Source: Lama guanicoe
Taxonomy: Eukaryota
Assembly (NCBI GenBank): GCA_013239625.1
Contig: MU054323.1
Location: 12,879,950 to 12,943,949, forward strand
Length of the DNA stretch: 64,000 bases
Direction of reading: 5' to 3'
This document shows, in pieces, positions 54,005-64,000 of the stretch. The position numbers and the translations under genes are program-made. The notes beneath the pieces are model-generated. The model ran no database searches. It was not told the DNA's origin and saw nothing but the letters and a program-made list of their open reading frames with translations. Numbering within the stretch: position 1 is the first letter of the stretch; the number at the start of each line of letters is the position of its first letter.

Positions 54005-54475
54005 TGTAGCAAATGCTGGAGAGCACGATCCTGGACCCGAGCTGCAGGTTCAAATCCAACTCCCCCTTCCCTAGGTATGTGACCTTGGACAAGTTACTTA
54101 ACTTCTCTGTGCTCCAGTTTTTCTCCACCTGCAGACTGCAAATGGCAAGAGCACATTCCTCCTGGGACTGGTAGGAGGACTGTGTTCATAGAGCCCGTAG
54201 GAAGGGCTGTGTATATGAGTGTTACCTGCCGTCATTGTTGTCTTCCCTTCATCCTCTTCGAAGCTCAGGAGTCCAAAAATCACTGGTGTTCAAACACCAG
54301 CTCCACAGCTCACTTGCCCTATGCCCTTGAGACATTCATTTTGCCACTTGTGTTTCAATTTATCTGTAAAGTGAGGGATAATAAAGTACCTGCTTCCTAG
54401 GGTTACAGTGAGAACTCCATGAAATCATGTTGGACACGTGCTTAGCATGGAGCTTAGCATGTAGTGAGTACTCAC
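54005..54475 (+). mobile_element. Two tandem MIR remnants
   Basis: tgtgaccttggacaagttacttaacttctctgtgctccagtttt (about 54080) and atctgtaaagtgagggataataaagtacctgcttcctagggtt (about 54365). Confidence 0.85.
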
Positions 54476-55596
54476 AGCAGAGGTGGTAGGGACATATCAG
54501 AGGCTGCTACCACGTGGTAGATTTTGTTTTTCTTTAGGTATGTTTTAAAGCATAAGGAAATACTGGGGCACATAATGAGTAGCCAACAATGTCCCCTTCT
54601 GACAGAGTAAAGAAGTTGAGGGTCAGTGATAAGCATAGTAGTTTATAGGTTTATGTTGCTTTATAGTTTTGAAGCTCTTTAAATGTATGTTGACTCCTTG
54701 ATAGAACAGTTCTGTGATGTAGCAGATGGAAGATCTGATCTGACCTCATTACTGCTATTTACCAGCTTCCTAGCCGCTCCCCCATATACATGGTGGACTT
54801 CAGCAACTGGCTGTATGCATCTTCCTCTCCATTCTAGATCTAACTGTTCTTGAATACTTGGTTTTAGATAGAGAGACTTAAAGGTTTTAGGTAGATGGAC
54901 TTGGTTTTGCACTGGGCTTAAAGTTCTTTGTCCTTAATCTTATTCCATATGAGCAACCAATCCAAGTGGCCGTATCTTGGATCCTGTTTCCCCAAGAATT
55001 GTTCACCTCTGAATTCTTAAACTTCAATATCTACCGTTCAGCCACTTATTAAATACTTAGTAATTTATAGTTTTAACTTACTAATGGGTTCAGTAATCGT
55101 ATTTTTACCCAATTTACAGTAGATAAAAACATTTACCTGTTTAAAAAATTTTTTTTTCACTTTTGATGATGCGAAGAAGTATAATGTAGGTAAACTTCAT
55201 AGACTATCCAGGAGAAAATCGTAATTCTTGGTGATTGATTTTATCAAAGAAATCCTACCACAACACCCTTTGCTCTTTTTAAGTTACGAATATCTATTTT
55301 CTAAAGAAGGATTAAAAGTATGGTAAAAGTTATTGTTTTGGTAGTCAGTCTGAATAACTAGAGTGTGATTTTTCTCACTTACTAGTCAGAGGGAGGAAAA
55401 TGGTGCTATTAACCAGTAAATTATAACATTACTATAATAGTTTTAAAAATAATTTTACCACTCTTACACCCACTTTTAAGATTATATATTAGCTCCATTT
55501 GTTAATGTTAATAACTCTTATTTTTTTCCTTCAGTTTATGGGGCTTTATTAATTGCAGAAAATACCTTTTTAATTAACTTTTATTAAAATACAGCA

Positions 55597-56506
55597 ATTC
55601 TCCAAGGAAGACATACAAATGATCAATAGGCACATGAAAAAATGCTCAATATCACTAATTATCAGAGAAATGCAAATCAAAACTACAATGAGGTATCACC
55701 TCACACCAGTCAGAATGACCATCATTCAAAAGTCCACAAATGACAAATGCTGGAGAGGCTGTGGAGAAAGGGGAACCCTCCTACACTGCCGGTGGGAATG
55801 CAGTTTGGTGCAGCCACTGTGGAAAACAGTATGGAGATTCCTCAAAAGACTAGGAATAGACTTACCATATGACCCAGGAATCCCACTCCTGGGCATATAT
55901 CCAGAAGGAACCCTACTTCAAAATGACACCCAATGTTCATAGCAGCACTATTTACAATAGCCAAAACATGGAGACAGCCTAAATGTCCATCAACAGATGA
56001 CTGGATAAAGAAGCTGTGGTATAGTAATACAATGGAATACTATTCAGCCATAAAAACTGTCAACATGACACCATTTGCAGCAACATGGATGTTCCTGGAG
56101 AATGTCATTCTAAGTGAAGTAAGCCAGAAAGAGAAAGAAAAATACCATATGAGATTGCTCATATGTGGAATCTAAAAAGAACCAAAAAACAAAAACAAAC
56201 AAACAAAGCATAAATACAAAACAGAAACAGACTCACAGACATAGACTACAAACTTGTGGTTGCCAAGGGGGCAGGGAGTGGGAAGGGATAGACAGGATTT
56301 CAAAATTGTAGAATAGATAAACAAGATTATACTGTATAGCACAGGGAAATAACACAGAATCTTAGCTTACAGAGAAAAAAATGTGACAATGAATATATAT
56401 ATGTTCATGTATGACTGAAAAATTGTGCTCTACACTGGAATTTGACACAACATTGTAAAATTATTATAAAGCAATAAAAAATGTTTAAAAATATTTAAAA
56501 ATTAAA
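55597..56506 (+). mobile_element. Young 5'-truncated L1 (ORF2 C-terminal CCHC region, 3' UTR, tail) with 11-bp TSD
   Basis: ORFs 55619..55942 ([29 protein letters not shown]...) and 55933..56175. TSD aaaatacagca at 55586-55596 and 56507-56517, at a TT|AAAA site. Confidence 0.97.
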
Positions 56507-57822
56507 AAAATACAGCATACATATAGAAAAGTACACAGGTCATAAGTAAACATCAATTTTCATGATGGGAACACACCTGTGTGACCCGTCGTTAGAGTGT
56601 GAGGCAGAACTTTACCAGGCTTTCAAAGCCGTCACAGTCCACTTTTAGTCCTGCCCCCATCCCCTCTGCCCACACACACCAAAGACAGAATTTTAAAATC
56701 TAGTAAGTGAATATTCATGCATGCTGTCATTTTTTTGTTTCCTCTTTGCTAGTCTTTGAATGTATTTATTCTTTTTCTCTATTTTTAAGTTAAATTTTTG
56801 TGTGATTAAAATAACATGTAACATATAGATTTTACAAGTTAGTCGTAATATAAAGCTTATGACAAAATATAGCAATTTCCTGCTTCACCACAACCCCCTC
56901 CTCAAGACCCTTCTCCCCAATGGGGAGAGAGCCTTTAATATTTCTTTTGTCATTTGCACACTTCCATATTTCATAACAATAATTATATATGGCTATTTTT
57001 TATTAAACAAATTTTAGATATTATCTGTTGGCTTCCTGTTAGGTGGATAAGTACTTAATCCTCATATACCAGCATTTCCACTTTCTTATCTTCCCAATAT
57101 ATTTATATTACAATTTCTGGTTAAGTGAATATTTTCTGTTAACACTCTATGCCTATGCAAGTTATGTTTATAATGGGTATTACAGGATACTGTGATTGAG
57201 GGATATCTTTTGGTTTTTATTTTTTATGATGTTAATACTTTTCATGGTTTTCATGTGATTCTCTTTGTGGGTCTCTTTGTTGAAAATCATGATCTCTCCT
57301 GCCCTCCTTGTTCTGGCTTTAGCCCTAGCTACAGTCACTCACCCTTGTACTTGCCAAATCCAGCAGAATCTTCCAGTCCTGATCTTTTGTAGATGGACTC
57401 TCCTTGCTTTTCTCCTTCTCTGATTTCTGTTACATCACTTCCTGCCACCTTTTCCTAGTGCTTAGAACTCTGTTCAGCTTCCTTCCTCTTAAATGTTGTG
57501 TTCCTTAGGACAGTCCTCAGCCTGACCCTTACCCAGCATGTTCCCTTCCCTTTAGGCAGTACCTGCCATGGCCATGAATAACTTCTGTTATCTATTTCTC
57601 CATGTAAAACTCTTCTTAGGCCCAGACCCATCACCACTGAATGTCAAATAGGGAGTATAAACACCAGTTTGTTCCTGCCTTCCCTCCTGTTCAAGATCTT
57701 ATGGTAGAGGACTTTGGTGTCTGCCACACATACAGTTCCCTTCACTCTACCCTGCCCCCCACCCCAACACACAAGCACTCTACCTCCTACCCTTCTGCTG
57801 TTCCCTGTATACACCCCCCAGT

Positions 57823-57848
57823 ACACACACACACACACACGCACACAC
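57823..57848. repeat. (CA)n microsatellite, imperfect
   Basis: Direct inspection. Confidence 0.85.
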
Positions 57849-58600
57849 TTCACTAGCTTTTCCCCTATCAAACATCAGCACTGCAGCTCTCCATTTTTAT
57901 TGGCAAGAAGGCCAAAAGATTTCTCATCCCCTGTGACTATGCATCTAGGGTAAAGTGAGGGGTTAGGATGTTGGGCCAACCGTGAGATCCCAGAAAAAGC
58001 AAAGAATTTTACCAATTTAGTATGCTTCATCTGTACATGTTAGTAACTCTTTCAATAGACCACTCTTTCAAAGCATGTTAATCCTTGAAATGTTTATAGA
58101 ATGATTACTCAAAACAGGTAGTGCACATTCATACCGTTTCTCCTGCATTGTGACTTTCAGATTTAAAACTATACATGTTGGATTGTAATATGAATTTACA
58201 GGCAGGGATAATTTACCTTGTCCATCAAAAAAGAAAAAAACACAATTGAATGTTCTCCTACTCATTTTTATCCCTGTGTGTAATTAGGACCATGGGTCTG
58301 AGTTCACATTCTCAAAAGTGTTCACGGGCCAGAGGAGCCTCAGTTCCTTGGCTGCATCTCAGGCCTGGATCAGGATACTCTATGGGGAGACAGAGCAAGG
58401 TGTCACACTGGTTGCATTTCTCTCAGCAACACTTTCTGAAAGAGGTGTGTTCATTCAGTCTTTGTTTCAGTCATGGGTATTTATTGCGTCAGTCTGTGTT
58501 CCAGGCACGATGTTAGATACTGGTGCAGAAGGTGATGAAATGCGGTCCCCTCCCTGAAGTTCAGAATAAGAATAAAGGTGTGGCGCCCTGTCTCTTGGAA

Positions 58601-58778
58601 CCTTGCCACTCAAAATGAGGTCTGTGGACCATCAACATCAGCATCACCTGGGAGCTTGTTGGGAATGCAGAATCTCAGTCTAAGTTGGATCAACACCTCC
58701 ATCCAGGATTCTGCATTTACAGCAAGCTCGTAGGTGATACCAGTATTGTCGGTCCATGGGCCCTACCGAGTAGCAAGG
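58601..58778. mobile_element. MER5-family hAT-Charlie MITE
   Basis: catcagcatcacctgggagcttgttgggaatgcagaatctcag. Inverted ends ccttgccactc/gagtagcaagg; degenerate TSD tcttggaa/tcttagca. Confidence 0.85.
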
Positions 58779-59791
58779 TCTTAGCACACTGTCTTCGAGC
58801 TAGTTCTTAGGTGGATCCTGGTGTCTTTGCTGTCCTCCCATCCCAAGAGTGGATGATTGATGATGCACTTTCTGTGCTTCCAGGAAGCCTTGAGATACAC
58901 AGCCTAATATAGATATGACAGATGTACCTTGTCATAACACTGTAACTCGAAGTGAGGCTCAACGTAATTCATCTATCAGCATTCAAAGCATCTGGGGTAG
59001 AATGTGTAAAGACTAATGAAAGCAAGATGGCCAAGAGGTTGCCAAATGGTGAGCAGCTGGGGTAGTTGGAAGGACAGAAGGTACTTTCTGGGAATCCTGC
59101 ATGCCTACGACACATACATTAGCAGTTTGTCACTCAACAGGAAGGGCCAAGATCTCTTTAAGCAGAATTAGAGTGTTATCCCTGCTGTCCTGGTGGAAAA
59201 TAACAGCCCGACCTAAAAGAGAGAGCTGGGTTCAAGACTCACTGGGAATGTTGAATCAAGTCAGTTACACGTAGCTGAACCCAGGGAGTGGAGAATCTGG
59301 GTTGACACTCAAGTCACTGGCCCTGAGACTACAGGAGGAAGAGGGATCTGGGATCCATGTTTCTCTCTTGGATAGATGGAGTGTGAGGTATTGATGGGAC
59401 ATGCCGGGAAGGTATTAAGGTGCACGACCCTGGGGCTCTGGAGAGGAGTAGGGCTGGAGCTGCGCCGACAGTACTGGGTAGACTTGGTGATGGTGTCTTT
59501 GCAGCTGCAGGTGTGGATCAGATCAGTCAGAGAGAGCACTTAGAGTGAGAGGAGAGGAGCATGGGGCGTAGGGCCCTGCGGAAGAAGAGCGTTCCAAGGA
59601 GTCGGAAAAGGGACACCAGGAGAGGTGGTCAGCATGCGATTCCAGACTGGTTCAGGATGGCCCGACTGGTGTGTTGTTTTTAGAAAGTGGAAGGGCGATA
59701 TTCTTACAGGCCTGACAAGGTTTTCAGTCATCATCCTTGATGATGGTGAGGGCAGCCCTTTGTTTTTTTGATATTGTTTGGTTGTTTCTAG

Positions 59792-60109
<318 letters not shown>

Positions 60110-61315
60110 TAATAATCTGAAAGATAAGATTAATACGCTCAAGTTTTCAGTTGTGATTCAGAGTGTTTAACATAAGCTCTCTGAATTGTGGACAGGCTAA
60201 GATTTGTAAGCATTCATCTTTTTTACTTTCTATGAATTTTTCCTATATAGCTGTTCTCTGTTTTTCACAAAAGGGTCTCTTTAACCCACTCTCCATCCAG
60301 AGCTGCAGCGAACAGCTGGTTCTTGTTATTCCCTGCACCCCTTTCTGCAGGCTCCTTGCTGAAGACTAAGGTAGGCAGGGTACAAGGACAAAGGAGCGTT
60401 TAAATCCGACATGGGGACTCTGAAGGGGAAAAAGAAAAGGGAGCTAGATAAGAATATAGGAGAAGAGCTTTTAAAATCTAAACATAAAATATTTTACAAA
60501 GGTTGCTCTGCCCCTTTCTCACAAGCGTGGTGGAAGACCCGTTACCTTCAAGTTATGCCTCTTATCTTAGAGCTTAAAGGCGCCTCCAGACTTTCCAAGG
60601 TTGGAATGCTCACTGTTTGTGTTCTTTCTGAAACACCCACAACAAATCAAATGTACTTCTTGTGTGAGTTTGGAATTAGCCACAGTACAGCTAATCTGTG
60701 GGATTCTTAGCTGTTCTCTCCGCCCTCAGTCCACCCAGCTGGCTTCCACCAATGCCCTGTCAGCGCAACAGGACACATACTCACGTGCGTGCGTGCACAC
60801 GCTCCTACTTTCTGTCCTTCCATTGCTTATTGAATTACGTAGTCTCTTGCATATGAGGAATTAAGGGTACTCTGAGTTCTCTGACCCGTGACTTGTCCCC
60901 CAGGAATCCACAAGGACAGGGTTGTGAAAGAGAGTGTCTTAAACGTCTGTGAGTTTACATACCTCCCAGTAATTTCAGAGTTTTCACCAAGTTCACACCT
61001 GGTTCTCTAAACTGGTCTTTAGACTGATGGCTACAAGTACTCAGGAAATATGTACAATTCTTACAGATTTCCAAACCAAGCGTTTCTGTTTTTCTATTGG
61101 GGGGAAGTGTCTCTGTCCAGATCCATCCACTTGATTTCTTTTACTTTCTCACTGCTGTTGGCTTTGCCCCTTGGAGGGGAGTATCAGGGACTGGGCTGCG
61201 TATCACAGAGGCTGGCTTTTCAAGTTGGAGTTGGTTCCATATGACTCCCAGGAAACAGAGTCTGAAACGTGGATTCTTCTCGTGATTCTGAATGTTGTTC
61301 TTTTTCTTTCCTCAG

Positions 61316-61427
61316 GCGTTCCAGTATCTCTCTAAGGCGTACAAGTGTGACACACAGTGCAGTGGCTGGGAGAAAGATATCACGTCATTTAAGGAAGTGG
61401 TTCAGAGAGCCTTAGGACTTGCACATG
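61316..61427 (+). CDS. TTC27: TTC27 coding exon (approx. exon 18), 112 bp, phase 0-1
   Basis: tttttctttcctcag|GCG...CATG|gtattt. Encodes [37 protein letters not shown]. Confidence 0.95.
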
Positions 61428-64000
61428 GTATTTGATGTGATGTTTGATATCCCTAGCATATTTTAATGGATTTTTACTGATAAGAAAAAGTATTAGTCAG
61501 AAGCAAAGTTCTATTCCAAATAACTTCTGATTATTTCATCCTATTGAAATTGTTGTATTTAATTCAGCAAACATTTATAGACCAACTAATATGTAATAGG
61601 CACTTTGGAGCAATAAGAAGAAATAGGATAGAGGCTTAAATGCTGTTTGAACAAGTGACAGATGTTAGAAGCTTTAGAGAGATGAAATACCTTTACAGCT
61701 GTATCTGACCTTCACTTCACACAGAGTCTGTTTGCACTAATGATGTAGTAGTAAGACAATCTTAACTTCTCTTGACTCATGTTCTTCCTTTTTAAATGAA
61801 AATATTTATCCATAAAAATACATAGATTTCTGGGGTACATAGCAATATACATAAGAGCTATGGCATGTACAAGGGAAATTTTTAAAAATACAATCTAATC
61901 CATATCTTTGGGAAATTTAGTGGGCAATATTTGAGGGGAGGGATGACCTTACATATAAAGTTGTATGCTGCTGGGTAAATATATTCCAGATAAAGGCAGC
62001 TTTTAATTATCAGCATTAATGAAAAGTACACTAGTGAAAGGTAGTAATGCATTTTTATATTTATGTTTGAATGTGGGTGTGTGATGCCCTGAGAAGGCAA
62101 TGCAAAGAAAGTAATGAAGCCACACTGTCAAGAACGGAATCACAAGGACTGTGAACCTATCCTAAAGTCCACCTCTAAGTCCTGCAACTAATAGTTACAG
62201 CAAATAGCGAGCCAGCGAGGGACAAGAAGTCCCTCAAAAGAAGTCACAGAATATTCAGACAATTTAGAAATGGGCTTTGATATCATTGACAAAAGGATAT
62301 AGATATCCAGTTTCCTGGGCTGCCTCCCCCTCAACAGCCAAGGCTGAGGTTAAACTCTGTAGAGCTGAAATTTCGTGTAGAAAAGGTTGAGATAATGGCT
62401 GATAGACCGGGAGGGATGGTCTAGGATGGCTGGGATTGTGCTGACCCCGTGGTAGGTGGGCTCAGGTGGAGTTCAGTCTGGATGCCTTTGGTCTTTGTGG
62501 ATATAGTGCTCTGTGCGGGGAAACCCGTGCTAAGGTATATTATGTACACAGTCATAGCAGGGTGCAATTTAACTTTGAAGAATTTATCTGATCTACTTCA
62601 ACTTGCCAACCCTAAACATTTCTGTGAACAGCAGGCTCTGTAACAGTCAAAGCCAAGGTATTTTCTGTGATCACTAAGTGACAGTTAAGCCTGTCAAATA
62701 TAAACATGCAGGCTAAAGAAGTACTCTAGGACAAATCTTCATTTTGCATCTTAAAGTTGGTTTTAAACTATTTTGGGTACTGTTTTTCCCCTCATCTGGG
62801 CAATACTTGGAGAAAAACAAGTGTCCGTTCTTTTAAGTTTCCCTTCGACTTTAATGAATTATGTGTTCGTGCTGCTACAACATTTTAAGCATATTTGAGT
62901 GGATGCTTTCCTTTCCTTTCTAGTGATATTTTAGATTGAGGAAGATGAATCTTAACCTTTTCTGTGTTGCTTTTGTATTCCAGTGCTGTGTCGAAGAAAG
63001 AGCTGAGTTTCTCTGTTATTTCTGTTCTCTTTTTTGTCTTTCTCCCCATCACTTTTCTCTGCCTCGCCCAATTCTGGAAAAGGGAATATAACATTAAAAA
63101 AAAAAATCTTGCATGATTGGTTCCCTATTGGGTTGCTATTTTTAAGAGTAACCATGTGCTTCAGAAAGCTTGGTAAGACACTGCAGTCTCCACATAGTGT
63201 TGGAGAGCCTTTTCTATCAGTGTTGTCATTGTGTACCCATCGTTCTGTCTGGAGGGTATGCATTTACAGTCTCTGCTCTTCTATTTTCTGGGAAAGAGTG
63301 GGCAAAAGTTCTTTCTTTCTTTGCCATCCGGAAACTTTTAAAATAACAGTTGTGCATTTTAACTACAGTCTGCCTGGAGGAAGCATGTCTGTCTTGGATT
63401 TCCTGATGATTTGAAACAGCAGGTTCTCTCTGTCTCTCTCTAATGCCTTTTGGAAATGGGATTGAGGAATAGGACTCATAGAGCGTGTGTTTGTCTGTTT
63501 GCTCTATTTTTTTTGTTTGTTTTTTTGTTTTTCTCTGACGATGAAGGAGTGAAAGCAGACTCACGGCTGTTTCTGACGTGTTACTAGGGACTAAGTAGCC
63601 CCAGCACCACAGCTGTGCTAGTCACTACCTTCCTCTGTTAAGGGACACAGACATCGTAATCCTCTCTATCTCCAGGTTACCCGTGCCCTCTGAAAATGAG
63701 TGTAACATTGTTGATCACCATGCGTCCTTTCAAGGTCTAATTATTACTTTGGAATAGGAATGTCAAACAGAGTTCTCACCAGCCGTGGATGATGTTAAGG
63801 ACTGACAAAACTATTTTGCCAGGCACAAGCAACCTCCACCAACAGATTAGAGTTTGCATTCAGAAAGAAGTGTGTTTTCGATCCCTGTTCTAAGATACAG
63901 GGTACTAAGTAGACTTCAGTTTTTGCGCTGTTTGGTGTAGTTTAAAAATAGGATCTGGTTATTGGTCTGCTTGTAGTGAGCGTAATTTAGAACAACAAAA

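Noticed and set aside
55619..56175. Functional L1 ORF2
   Set aside because: Only about 0.9 kb, 5'-truncated and frameshifted.
61428..64000. Next TTC27 exon (recalled VAIKCSK...)
   Set aside because: Not found by eye; presumably beyond the window.

Overview
Mammalian genomic DNA, probably camelid, inferred from Vic-1-type tRNA-derived SINEs. The whole window lies inside one + strand gene, TTC27 (tetratricopeptide repeat protein 27). Six GT-AG coding exons (228, 99, 53, 166, 198 and 112 bp; roughly exons 13-18 by recalled human structure) splice into one uninterrupted frame: [24 protein letters not shown]...[13 protein letters not shown]...LEPD|NAEAWNNL...[11 protein letters not shown]...[11 protein letters not shown]...[12 protein letters not shown]...GLAH. 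The start, the stop and the next exon lie outside the window. The introns are full of repeats: young lineage-specific L1 fragments (several with TSDs, one twin-primed 5' inversion), SINEs, old L1M/L2/MIR, MaLR LTRs and DNA transposons. The latter include a near-complete fossil hAT-Blackjack-type element broken by four later insertions. I found no convincing new biological system. The best second-look items are retrotransposition mechanism footprints, the fossil transposase, candidate cryptic or recursive splice signals, inverted L1 repeats around one exon, and a TPR-consensus Tyr-to-Cys change. Repeat subfamily names come from recalled consensus sequences, and old-repeat boundaries are approximate.
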